NCBI GenBank assembly: GCA_022813965.1 | Contig: JALDZS010000113.1 | Location: 1-64,000 of the forward strand | Direction: 5' to 3' | Length of the DNA: 64,000 nucleotides | Source: Toensbergia leucococca | Lineage: Eukaryota | In this document: positions 10,499-23,167 of the stretch, in pieces | Position numbering within the stretch: position 1 is the first letter of the stretch | Layout of the letters: each line of letters starts with the position of its first letter | The notes under the pieces: generated by a model | Seen by the model: only the letters and a program-made list of their open reading frames with translations | The model's database searches: none | Told to the model about the DNA's origin: nothing | Translations under genes and position numbers: made by a program

Positions 10499-12846
10499 AT
10501 GGACCATCCAACGCTTGAGCAGGCCTGCTCGACCACCACAGAGAACTTGACCGACGATGACGGCGCCCGTCTTGTCGGCCACCTCTCAACAGACGCATTT
10601 GAAAAGTTCGACGTAGCTTACAATGGCCGTCATTCAGAACTTGAGCATACGAGCAGCAGCAGTGGAGCTAGTGCTATGTCGAGTGGAAGCTACACTGATG
10701 ATGATCTTGGTAACTTGAAGCTGGATCCTGAAAAGCTCCCGAGAACGAAATTAGACTCCCAGCACCACAATGCCGATGGGCACGCCATTTCTATCGAGCC
10801 TTTAAAGATCGAGCCATCGCTCGCTGACCATGGACATCATGTGCGAAAAAGAAGCATTCCTATCAAATTAGAGGAGACTGGTGAGCGCGGTCGATATCTC
10901 CTCAAAGCCGATGAACCAGAGATCCGAGAGATTCTAAGACTTGGTATACAAAGAGAGATTGAGGGACAAAACAAAAAGAGACGGTCTCGCTTTGGTGATT
11001 TGGTGTTTACCAGGCAGTTCAGCGCCTTTGATCGTCAGAATCCCGACACAGCTGCCTCTCCATTCCATGGCTTCTTCACTTTGTTTTGGCTTGGCGTCTT
11101 CTTCATGCTGGTCAAAGTGGCCGCCAACAATTGGAAGATATATGGAAGCATCTTCGGCAAGAATGAGATACTGTCGATGATGTTCCATAAAGATATTGTC
11201 ATTCTTGGCTTAACCGATCTTCTATTGTGCACTAGTACAGCCTTCTGTTTACTGTTACAGAAACTGGTTTTGGCAGGATACCTCAGTTGGAACAGGGGAG
11301 GATGGATCATTCAAAACGTATGTAGAAGCCTTTCTTATACTGCTTGCACACCACCATTTCCGAACATGGTACCCCAAAGTACCGGCATTTCACTAGGATT
11401 GAGAAGCTCGCGACTATCTAGAAGCTTACCTAGCAACGTACACCACCGTCAAGATCTTCACTGATCCATACGCAACAGGTTTGGCAGACCCTATACTTGG
11501 CAGCAACGATTAGTTGGACGATCCATCGCAGCTGGCCCTGGTCTCACACAGTCTTCATTGTCCTCCACTGCCTCATATTTCTAATGAAAATGCATTCTTA
11601 CGCTTTTTATAATGGATACTGTGAGCCACCCAACCATGTGCGAGGGAATCGCTCCATACTAAAGACATAGCATATTGACTTGTCCTCAGTATCAGAGGCT
11701 TATCGGCGAAAGCAAATTTTGGAGGAGAAGCTGAAGCAGCTCGATGAACTCGATCCAGTGACTAGCCCTACAGCAAGCAGCCCTTCGTCAATGGCACTGG
11801 CCTCTTCATACTTCGACGCAAAAGACGTTGATATGATTCACCGTCGCCGACGATCAATGCGTTCGATAAACTCGCCGCAAGTACGAAGGGAAGATTCCGA
11901 AATCGCTAATGTGGCCGCTGCCATTGAATCTGGAGCATCACTCGACATCGACCAGATCCAATCTTTCGAGAGAATCATCAAGTGGGAGCTCGAAGGACTG
12001 AGGGAAGAAATCAACGGCAAGTGCGAGAATGGGGCTAATTCATACCCGAAGAACCTCAACATCAAGGACTTTGCTTGTTATATACCCTTGCCAACCGTCG
12101 TCTACGAACTGGCCTATCCTAGGCAAGATCACATTGATTGGTACTACGTCGCCGAGAAGACAGCCGCGACCTTTGGCGTCCTGGCTGTCATGATCGTCAT
12201 CAGCCAAGCCTATATCTACCCAGCTGTCATCCAAACCCTTGAAATGAAAGAAAAGGGCATAACCCTCCAGGAGCGCCTCAAAGAATTCCCCTGGGTACTA
12301 AGTGACATGCTCTTCCCTCTCATGATGGAGTACCTCCTCTCCTGGTATGTAATCTGGGAATGTATCGTAAGTCTCCCCTCCAACACGCACCCCCAAAAAC
12401 GCCGTCCTTTCAATGATGACTGAAACCCAAATCTTCAACAGCTCAACCTCCTCGCCGAACTCACTCTCTTCGCCGACCGCGGCTTCTATGCCGACTGGTG
12501 GAACAGCGTCTCCTGGGACCAATTTGCCCGCGACTGGAATCGCCCCGTTCACAACTTCCTCCTCCGCCACGTCTACCACTCGTCCATCTCCGCCCTGCAC
12601 ATCTCGCGCCCCTCGGCCACGCTCATCACTTTTCTGCTGTCGGCCTGCGTGCATGAGCTGGTCATGTGGTGTATTTTCAAGAAGCTGAGGGGCTATTTAA
12701 TGATGGCGCAGATGATGCAGCTACCGCTTGTGGGGTTGAGTCGGACGAAGTTGTTGCGGGGGAGGAGGGTATTGGGGAATGTGGTTTTTTGGTTGGGGAT
12801 TTTCACGGGGCCGAGCTTTTTGTGTAGTTTGTATCTTATTATTTGA
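10499..12846 (+). CDS. Sterol O-acyltransferase (ACAT/ARE, MBOAT family), 4 exons
   Basis: VFTRQFSAFDR, FHGFFTLFW, LMKMHSYAFYNG, YPKN, PTVVYELAYPR, FADRGFYADWWNSVSWDQFARDWNRPVHNFLLRHVY, catalytic SACVHEL, GNVVFWLG. Confidence 0.95.
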
Positions 12847-13077
12847 TGGGGGGATTTTGGGGGTACTTTTGTGTGAGGAGGATTTGCTAGGAGGGTGAGA
12901 GGATGGAAAGCATTGGCAGAGTTCAAGGCATTGCCGTGGCCTTATGATGCTGAGTTGCTGGTCTGGCCTGATGTAGTGTATTATTATGTACATCATATGT
13001 TATCGAATTCTTTCTCTTCTTTCATGTCTAAACTCTAGCCCCTCACCGTCGCATCGTCAGTCAGGATGGTCTCCAAC

Positions 13078-14306
13078 CTACCCACCTAAATCATCGATGG
13101 CTCCCACCATCATGTCTTTTGCCGGAGGGCCACCGCCAGAGGCAAAGTCGCCGTTATCGTTGGTGCTAGTAGCCACGAGGTCAGGCATATCTTGGTCCAC
13201 CGGATCGCCCACGCCTCGCGTGTCTGTAGCCAGGCCCGAGAAATCAGCAACTTTGCCAGTCTCACGAGCTCCTTCGCCCGTGAAATCTCTAAACAAGCCA
13301 CCCGGAACATGAATCCTATGACGCCTTTTCTTCGCACGAGGCTCGCCCCCTTCACCCCTCTCTCTCGCAGTAGATTTGGGTGTCGACAGCGCAGCCCCAG
13401 TGTCGTCGCTAGCACCATTCTCCGCAATAGCCGACAGCTCTTGACGTTCTTCGCCCTCCTCGTTCTCCGTCGACTCCTCTGCCTCGGCCGCCTTTTCTCG
13501 CTGAAATGCTCGCCATCCTGTTCCTATCCCCCGCCCTTTCGAGTGTATCTTCACACTGTCACGCTCTCCCTTTACCGCTTTGGCGACTGCGAGCCGTTCC
13601 AGAAACCGCGCTTGATTCTGCTGAGCTAAGCTTGCGTTGGGGCCGACTGGGATCTTCAGCGGACTGGGCCCGGCTTCGGTCGCGCCGTTTTCTACTTCGA
13701 CTGCTGGGGTAGTGCTAGCGCTTGCGCGCTTTGTACGGTCTTCGGTGTGAGCGATGAGTTGCGCAGGGCGGCCTACTATTTTGATGCCTGTAGCGGCGAT
13801 GATGTCGAGGCCCGGGGTGTGTTTCAGAGGGGGATCGGAGGAAATGGAGTTCGGCGAGGGGCTGGCGAGGAGGATGTCGGTACCAAGGGTTGTGGTCCAG
13901 GTGGCGGCGAAAAGGCGGCCTTGGTAAGAGATTAGGGGGTTGGGGGTTTCAAGGTCCAGGATCTGGATGTGTGCTTCGGGTTTGGGGTCAGAGGTTGACG
14001 GGATAGGTTCGTTAGCAATCAAGGGTTCATCGACTAGAGCAATGGGCTCATTGCCGGGCAGAGCTCCATCTGCTAGTATCGCCGGAGGTGAGTCCAGTAC
14101 ATTGGACTGCTTTTTCGTTCGAGTAGTGAAGGATGCGGCGGAGAGGTCGAGGGTCACGTAGAACGTCTATGAAGGTAGGTATGAGCTGGATGCAGTGGAA
14201 GAGAATGAAGCTTGATTACCTCGGTCTCTGTTTCATGGTATTCGTATTCCCATTCTGAATCGTCAATTTCGGGCGGATCACCGCTAGGGGTGGTGTGCGG
14301 TCCCAT
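13078..14306 (-). CDS. Putative TFIIIC subunit (TFIIIC_sub6 triple-barrel domain) protein, 2 exons
   Basis: N-terminal EWEYEYHETETE|TFYVTLDLS joined across a GT-AG intron; IQILDLETPNPLISYQGRLFAATWTTTLGTDILL resembles the fungal TFIIIC sub6 domain (recalled, not searched). Confidence 0.7.
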
Positions 14307-15390
14307 AGCAAGGGCCAGCTGCTGCGTAGAAGACGTGTTTGGTCATGGTGTACTCCGTATTGTGAGATTGTTAAGTATTCATGGGTAAAGACACGGGAAA
14401 CATGCTGGTATTTTGTGAGAGAGTTTGCAAATTAGATGATATGACAAGGCACACGCACAAAGATAATCAGAAGCATCAGTCTCGGTCAGAGGAAGTGGAG
14501 ATCCGATTCGGCAAATCTGGGCTTGTAGGGCTGAAGATTCACCAATTCCTCGATTAGACCAGACAAAGTGACGTTATTCCGGGCTTTTTCCATCGAGTGC
14601 CACGACATTGATATTCTAATTGGACCATCCCTTTCATTCCAGTCATCTCATTCTAGCTTTCACATTTAATTTTTCCTGCTCTCTTCAACTCTCTCATCTT
14701 CACAATCCCTACCAACCGGACTGAGATTCTCGGCGGATGTCACGGATGCAGAGGCAGCTTGCGGTCGTCGGCTTTTAACTCTAACGCCGATGGGAGACTC
14801 TCGTCTCTAAAGTCTGGCAATGAACAGTCGATGAGAACATCAGATCAAGTAAGAGACTGTTCTCCGTCTACGTGCTATTACATTACCTACTAGGTCAATC
14901 GTTGTAATGACTGCTTCTGACTTTTACTTACGTTTTCGCTCTATTGATGATCTCATCTGTGCTTACAGCAGCTCTTACCTTTACTCATACTCCTTCCGGA
15001 CACTTCCGTCATGCCTTTAGTGCTTGTTTTGATTGCTAATGCCAGATTTGTTGTCAAATAACAATAGTGTCAGCAATAGCAAACCATTATGGCCTTCAAG
15101 CGCCGCTACTTCCGTTTACCACCCTTCATCATGCTGCACTACCTCCCTCGACGTCTCTACACCCTCTCTCTTCGGCCTTCTTGCCTTCAGACGCCCTTCA
15201 AAATCAAGTTGCTCTTCTCACCGACGTCCCAGAATCAACCCCAACACCCGAGCCCTTCAATCAATCCCCTGAGACTGCAAGCCCATCCACGTCGAGTGCC
15301 CTAACAATAGCGGATAACCTCACACCACCCACCCTTAGCTCGATTAATTCCCTTGATAACTCAACAGTTTACCTCTCGTTCCGAGACCTT

Positions 15391-17028
15391 ATGATAAGGA
15401 GAAAGCAAGCAGTCTTGGCCGTCTGCTCAACCATCTTAGGTTACCTAGCTTTCTATAGTCTTTACGCCTACCTAAGCCCTCACAACGCACATATCGGGGA
15501 CGAAGATGTAGAACAAGCACGGTGGATTGCAACCTCCCATTCGTGGATTGATCGTCAGGCATGCAAATGGTTTGGTGTTTGTGGAGTTGCCCATTGGCGA
15601 AGTAGGATGTACATAGGTGATCATTCGCAACGTCAGGAGCAGAATGCTTTACTCGAATCGGAGCTCGTCAGCGCATGGACTGAGGGGAAGAATAGACCGG
15701 AAGATTGGACGAAGGATGAGCGCATCATGCGCGAAGTTCCCCAATATGTCCTTGATTATGCGCCTCTAGTTCATTTGTATTCTGGGGAGAGATTTTGGCC
15801 CTGTGATATCGCAGAACATCTATTTCACGTTACGCCGTATCTAAATTATACGGCTCTACAGGCACGCACGCAAAACGCAAATCTTACAAATCTTGATCAA
15901 CTTAATCAATGGAACAGAGGACGCTTTGTGTATTTGACTAGCGACGATAACGTGGAAGAACTACCAGATTGGTTGGAAGGAGAAAAGAATATCCCTGATA
16001 CATCGGATAAGCCTATAGACGAAGGAGAAGAAGCGGGAGTCGCATGGGATGGCAGCGTTATCGGAGAGTTGCTTGATGATACCGCCATAAGAGAAGGATG
16101 GTACGAGGCGGGCGAGGGTGGCACTCATGGTCAAGGAGGGGACAGGCATGACTCTGCTTCCGAAAAGCTAGGAGTCCCCATGGATACTGTCGAAGGAGAG
16201 GAACTTCTCGATGATCTTCACGCTCGCGCGGAGAAGAGTCACGTTGGGAGTCAAGTCAGAGGCGGACGCAGCGATGCACCCGCTGTCCTTATTGTTGTTG
16301 ATAAGGGCAATGGCATCGTGGATGCATTCTGGTTTTACTTTTACAGCTTCAACCTTGGCAACGTAGTACTCAACGTCCGGTTCGGCAATCATGTTGGCGA
16401 TTGGGAGCACTCCATGGTCCGTTTTCAACATGGGAAGCCGAAAGCTGTGTATTTCAGCGAGCACAACTTTGGGGAGGCGTACAGCTACGAAGCTGTTGAG
16501 AAGATCGGAAAGCGGGTTAGTGATTGAAAGCTGCTCGAAGTTTGAAGATACGAAGTTTCTAATAGTACCTTTCAGCCTGTGATATACTCTGCTACTGGTA
16601 CGCACGCTATGTACGCCACCGCAGGCATCCATCGCTACATTCTCCCTCTTGGTCTACTCCATGACATGACCGACAAAGGGCCACTTTGGGATCCGCTCCT
16701 CAATTCTCACACGTATACGTACGACTACCTTTCGGACACGCTGCGTTCTTCGAACATTACTCCAAATGCACCCACCCAATGGTTCTATTTCGCAGGCCAT
16801 TGGGGAGATAAGTTTTATGCTTTAAATGACGATAGACAATACCGATTTGCAGGTCAATATCACTACGTTAACGGGCCTCTAGGTCCAAGGTTCAAAAATC
16901 TGGGACGGAAGAAAGTCTGTCAGGGTCGGTCCACTGATCCTTGTGTAATCAAGAATTGGATTGGAGCAGATGGTCTATTTAAAAGATGGCGAGGGCTCGG
17001 GCATGGTAATGATTGGAATGACGAATAG
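15391..17028 (+). CDS. Vps62-domain protein with N-terminal membrane anchor; may extend upstream
   Basis: VPQYVLDYAPLVHLYSGERFWP, DAFWFYFYSFNLG, FGNHVGDWEHSMVRF, RPVIYSATGTHAMYAT (joined across an intron near 16517-16575), FAGHWGD, GPLGP. Confidence 0.88.
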
Positions 17029-17759
17029 AAGACATGGCCCTTTGGTGGGCAGATGGTAAGGAATAATCTGAATTTTGCATGCTCTGGCCATTGCGTGAAC
17101 GGTTTTCTTGGTTTCATGATACACCCAGGGCTTCGGCGTTCAAACGAGATTATATCTCTTGCCTATCATCGACGGAAGGCGTCATACAATCAACTTTGCA
17201 TCTAGCTTGATTCTCGGCCATAGCTTGAAATTTTGAAGCATATATCACATGAGTAGCGGACAATGTGCTCCCAGAGCTGAAAAACTTGTTGCCTCACAAC
17301 CGACAGATCTCTTCTTTTGAAGAGATACCTAGGGCATACTCTACGAATACTCATACCCTCTTTTTGCGAGCCAAGTTAAACCGCGAAAAGGGGGTCCACA
17401 TCGGGCTTACCTCAGGCCTCTACAGGTATAGCGTGCAGACCGATTACCTACCTATCCTGCATTCGAGTACTTCAAGTAACGTCCTTTGATGAAGTCATCA
17501 TCACAGATAAAGGTGTCTATCGAGGTGTCTTCACCTTCTTCTTTACATTCCAATCAATATTCACATTCTCATTGAGCTTTCGACGAGAATTGCTTTCACT
17601 GCTTTTCTTATCCATGCTGTGTCTCAACAATAAGGTCGTCATCTTTCATCTATGCGGAGAGACCACGATGAAAGCATCCGGTACGAACACTTATCATAAT
17701 TCTTCAATCTTCAGGTGTCATTCTATTCTTAGAAGAAACGCACATACTGAGCGGGCGGA

Positions 17760-18950
17760 ATGTCATCTCTCCTTGTCAGTCTGACTGCCACATCCTATAA
17801 GTTGGATTGTAGCCTACTGAACAAGCTATACCATTCTCGAATATCTCATGCCAAATCTCGAGCTGGGTGTGATACATGCAAGCAGCGCAGGAAGAAGTGC
17901 GATGAATCACGCCCAAACTGCCGTGGCTGTATAGACCGTGCTGTCACATGCTACTACGCTGTTAGAGGAGAATACCTGGATGCTAAGCACAGGGTATTGA
18001 TAGCGCCACTTTCCCCAGTCATTACGAATCACGGCCTTCCCTGGTCAGATCCGTATGACCTCCTACTCTTGCATCATTTTCACTTCCACACATCAAGCTC
18101 TGTCGGATCGTCGGCAGTGCAAGAGGTTGTGCTGAAGTACCTCGCAACGGCATTCGAGCTTGACTATGTCAAATATGTTGTTCTTGCTCTGTCAGCAGTA
18201 GACGTGATGTTCCTGACACATTCCTGCTGATACGAAGTGAAAGAGATCTACCACTCCGTGTAAACACTTTTCTCATTCCGCGAACGGATCAGTTCTCCTA
18301 TAACTTTAGGTGGGGTCGACACCATTATCCTGGCCTGTAAGCTGTTGAATACCAAAGCCTCCGCTTCAAAGGACATCACGCCATCCGCCTCGTGGCTGCT
18401 TTCGCCCCAATCAGACATGTACTAGCTCACACAACACAGAGGATTGAAAAGCCTTATGTTAGAGTGCAGATATCTACTGAAACAGAGCTCGTGGATCAAA
18501 GTTTTCAAGACAGAGGCTAATACATTCCCAATGGGATATCCATGTCCCTTTATGAATGTACGTTCTGGGTCCGACGATATTCCACATGGCTTTTTGCATC
18601 TATTCGACATCAACCAAGAATCGGATTCGAGCAACAATGTATATCATCCACCAATTCGGATACTGATGTTTTTGCTCAGCCAAGCACCTTCTGAAGATAC
18701 AATCATATCGCTGATGGTGTTCATACATCTCCTTAGACCAGAGTATTACCATTCACTAAATATAAAGGATCCTCGAGCGTTGCTCATTCTGACTTATTGG
18801 CTTTGATTGATGTGTAGTGTTCGGCTCTAGTAGGTTTCTGATAGGGCCTGATTAGAGTGTGTGGCGTGCTGCTCATACTTAGACGCTAGTGATGATAAAT
18901 ACCACATTACGCAGATTTCCTTATTTTCCCGCGCAGTGTTGTAGATTATT
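17760..18950 (+). pseudogene. Degraded Zn(II)2Cys6 transcription factor
   Basis: Intact binuclear cluster (HAKSRAGCDTCKQRRKKCDESRPNCRGCIDRAVTCYY), DLLLLHHF and DPRALLILTYW. The same frame has 7 stops (18228, 18261, 18423, 18804, 18828, 18831, 18849) and an apparent late frameshift. Confidence 0.85.
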
Positions 18951-19518
18951 CCCAGGCGTGACGGATCACAAGGGAATTAACTTTTACACAGGAGGTGGTA
19001 TGACCATCTGCTATCCATTTAAATTGCCGGCGTGCTGTTAGGGCTAAGGTACCTTACCACGGGTACCTAGTTGAGAGGATAAATACATTGTTAAGCGAAT
19101 ACGCATTGTGATCTGATTTGATTGGCCAAGGTACATCTAATTGATTACTCCATCTAGCTGTGAACAGCGAAGGTACCTCCACTCCATCCTTCAACTTGCA
19201 CCTGTTCTTTACGATTCTGCTCATTCATGCTGTACTCGTATGCAGCGTGCAGTGTAGGCCGTCGAAGTAAGCCAAGAACTAGGCACCCGTTCGTGGTCAG
19301 CTAGTCTCTTGACTAGGCATATTCAAGGGCGTCGTCACTCGTCATCAGCATCCTTTGCCGGAAGAATTCAAAGCATTCGATAGAATCTAAAGGCTACTGT
19401 CACCGTCGCGCAACCTTTATCGTTTTGACATAACTTATCTATACTTGATGCTTCCTTGTTTCTTCAATCTTGCAAACGTCCTTTCGCGTGTCTCTACAGC
19501 ACCTTTTTTTCAGCCGCC

Positions 19519-21366
19519 ATGCTCCAAGTGAACTCCTCAAGAGTGTTGCTAGTATCTGTCGGTGCGGCTGTCCTTCTTCGCAAATATGCTCACCTACCAG
19601 CTTCGCCTCTCTCTTTTCTCTTGACAATCTGTACCATCTTTTTCATTGCCAGTTCAGCCCGCGTCGTCTGGTCATGTATCATTTACCCCAAGTACTTGAG
19701 CCCCTTGCGACGCTTTCCCCAGCCATCAGTAGGCAGAATCTCCAAGTAGCGTTGAAAGCCCTGTCAAAAACTGACACCAGCCCCAACAGAATCCGTCCTT
19801 CTTCATGGGTCACTTCTGGGAAATGATGAACACAGGACCTGCGGGCCTTTTCCGAGTGTGGGTAGAGGCAGTCCCAAACGAGGGCATCATCAGGTATTTA
19901 GACATTTTCAACCTCGAACGCCTGGTCATTGTCAGTCCCCAAGCTCTGGCCGATGTTCTGGTCCACAACAACTATGATTTTGAGAAACCGATGGCACTAC
20001 GGAAGGGCTTCTCTCGCATACTGGGCATGGGTCTTTTCCTAGCCGAGGGGGAAACTCACAAAGTATGCTGTTTTTTTTAAAAGAGTATTCCACCCCAGTT
20101 GGCTTCGTGACCAACTGACTCTGTGGACAGAGGCAAAGGAAGCACCTCATGCCTGCATTTGCCTACAGACATGTCAAGAACCTATACCCAATGTTCTGGG
20201 ATAAATCCAAGGACCTGATCGAGGCCCTGCTCGCTTCTGACCAGGATTTTGGCAACTGTAACGCCAATGGGAATGCATCCGTTGAAGTCAGTGGGTGGGC
20301 CAGTAGAGCCACGCTTGATATCATAGGCGAAGGAGGCTTTGGCCATACATTTGATGCTTTGAAAAATCCTGATAACGAATTGAACCGCACGTACCGTGAC
20401 ATTTTTGCTCCTAATCGCACAGGCCAAATTCTAGGAATAGTTGGCTTTCTGCTGCCGCAATGGCTCGTGAGACGTTTACCGTGAGTTTTTGATGACAGTC
20501 TTATCATCAATCTGACTTTGTTATGCTGATACCTAGACAATAGCCTGCTGCGTAACGATAAGATGCGCCGAGCTTCCAGCTTTCTGAAAGCATATTGTCA
20601 TTCGCTCCTCGAGTCCAAAGGCCAGATGCAGCACGCGGGAGAAAAAGAGCGGGGACTCGACATTCTTACCGTCGCCATCGATTCCGGTGCATTTTCAGAC
20701 GACGATCTGGTCGACCAAATGATGACCTTTCTAGCTGCAGGTCACGAGACCACGGCATCAGCGCTGACCTGGGCTATCTACCTTCTAGCAAAGCACCCGC
20801 AGATTCAATCGCGGCTTCGCGATGAAGTGCACGCTAATCTACCAAGCCCTTTTGCAAACTCTGCATCCGTTGTAACGGCAGAATCTATTGAGCGTCTACC
20901 CTACCTCAACGCCTTCTGCAGAGAAGTCTTGCGCCTTTTCCCACCAGTTGCACAGACCATCCGAGTTGCGGTCAAAGACACAACGATCTGCGGCCATTTT
21001 ATACCGAAGAATACCACCCTTCTTCTTCCCCCTTGGGCCGTGAACACGAGCACCGCTTTATGGGGCGCTGATGCGGCAGAATTCCGGCCTGAGCGTTGGA
21101 TAGTCCCTGAACCTGCAAATCCCTTGAGCGACGGAAGCCCGAAGAGCAACAGTAATTACGGTTACCTCACCTTCCTTCACGGGCCTCGGAGCTGCATCGG
21201 ACAGACGTTCGCTCTCGGCGAATTCTCATGCTTGCTAGCGGCATGGGTCGGTGCTTTTGAGACAAGGCTAAAGGATGAAGACTTTGTGCCGGTGATCAAG
21301 GGGGAGATGGTTGCAAAGCCCAAGGGTGGCATTCACGTATGTTTGAAAGTTTTGAGCGATTGGTAG
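19519..21366 (+). CDS. Cytochrome P450 monooxygenase, 4 exons
   Basis: N-terminal TM helix, I-helix AGHETT, K-helix EVLR, PERW, heme motif FLHGPRSCIG; three canonical GT-AG introns. Confidence 0.95.
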
Positions 21367-22293
21367 ATTGGAGTCTGTGGAAGGTAGGGCATAAGATTGC
21401 CTGGATGATATTCCTTCCGACCCACAACATGTAATACAGTGGCCTCGGTAGTTCGATAGACTCACCTGCATAACTCATAACTATTCAACTCATTACCCGA
21501 CAACACACATATGTTGTACGGCACTACTTTTGATTCAATTGCAGAGTGAAGATGTAAATAAGGGTGATACTACGCCCTCGAAATATATCACTTCTTGAGA
21601 TAACAACATACGACCGATTCATGAGACTTGGAGCTAGAGTTTTCACGGCTTCATCTATTGTAGATGGGCTCAATAGACACGCCATGGATTCCACTTCTAC
21701 TAACCTCCAATCCCGATATCCAGGAATTCCCTGCAAAGGTTCTTCAGGCTGTAGAGCAATACGGCAGTGCGAGAGATGATCAGACGGGGAAAACGGACAT
21801 TTGCTCGGTAATAGATGCTATTCGTATGACTGCTGAGGATTGAACCAAATTGCTTGTCAGGCCAATGGGATCACCCCTTTTTAGATTGAGTGTGGCAGAT
21901 GGAAAGAATGGCTGATACTGGAGGACGAACGAAAACACGGTCAGGCAAGTATGGATCATCCAAGAGTGTTGCAGAAAGAGCTCAAGTAGCTTTCCCTTTT
22001 TTTTTTTTTCAAAGCTACGATTCTAGAATCCTTCACACGGCACAGCTGCCAGCCAGCACGCCCCGAAACCAAAAAGAGAAAAAAATATCTGCCCTTTTAA
22101 AATTGTCTCGACTTCATTGCGAATGCTGGAAGAGACATCTAAAGCGAGAAAAAATGGGACTTGTTCTCCGCAATCCGAGTGAAATCTGACGCAATTGAAA
22201 TTGTGTGCGAGAGATGCAAAGAAGAATGCGTTTTGTGACATTTACTCTTGATCCCCCACCCAAACATGCCAAGAAAAAATGTCTGCGCCTTTG

Positions 22294-22749
22294 TTATTGC
22301 CGGACATACTTGGTATGCGTACCCGTAGACACCACATCCCCAGCCTCATCCCCCTCCCCAACTCTCCTCACCTCAACACTCGTAAACGCCAAGGCACCCC
22401 CCACCTTACTCGCCCGCCCTTCAATCTCCAGCCAATCTCCCAATCTCGCAGTCGACACAAACGTCGTGTGGATATCTGTTGAGAAGCCTGTCTGCTCACG
22501 GCCCGTGGACGCGATCGCCATGCCTCCAGCCCAGTCAGTCAGGCACGCTGACACTGTTCCGTGCAGGGTACCCTTTGAGTTGAGGTGCACGGGGAGGACT
22601 TGCAGGCGGGCGTGCACGTGGCCTGGGGATGCGGAGGTGATTTGGATGGCGGACAGGAGGAGGGAGTAGATTGGGCTGTTGGGTTTCATGAGGGCCCATA
22701 CTGATTGGACGTGCTGCAGTGAGGGGGATGGGGTGGTGGTGGTGTCCAT
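22294..22749 (-). CDS. PaaI/ACOT13-like hotdog-fold acyl-CoA thioesterase
   Basis: HLNSKGTLHGTVSACLTDWAGGMA, GFSTDIHTTFVS, KVGGALAFTSVE, GTHTKY; single exon, 151 aa. Confidence 0.9.
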   Translation of the reverse strand: MDTTTTPSPSLQHVQSVWALMKPNSPIYSLLLSAIQITSASPGHVHARLQVLPVHLNSKGTLHGTVSACLTDWAGGMAIASTGREQTGFSTDIHTTFVSTARLGDWLEIEGRASKVGGALAFTSVEVRRVGEGDEAGDVVSTGTHTKYVRQ

Positions 22750-23167
22750 GACTTGCTTGGCCCTGTGGAGGGACGTCGTGGTATGTACATGATAGCAGGG
22801 AGATCAAGAGTACAACGAACGTATTGGTTTGTGAGCAGTAATGAAACGCCGAGGTAATTGAAGCGTAGCGTACGGAGTACAGTTCACAGCCTAGGTAAGG
22901 AGATTAATATCACTCGGCGTACCTACACCAAAGACCCCCCTGAGATTTAAGATTCTAGGGATGGTGTGATACAGATAGCGTATCGATACTGTATTTTTAA
23001 TGACACTCTGTTTGATTCATGCAGAATGAATACAAATCCAGTAAGATTTTGCCGTGACAAAGGCGACGCGAATCCAGCTCATCATCGACAGCTGTCTCAA
23101 GCCTTCTTGAGGCTCTTTCTCCACCAGTCCATGCCATCAATGACCATATTATGATTCAAAGCCCCAG

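Noticed and set aside
22205..22669. Long antisense ORFs over the thioesterase (similar ones over UBP14, SHMT and the ferritin-like gene)
   Set aside because: Shadow ORFs of GC-rich coding sequence with no motifs of their own.
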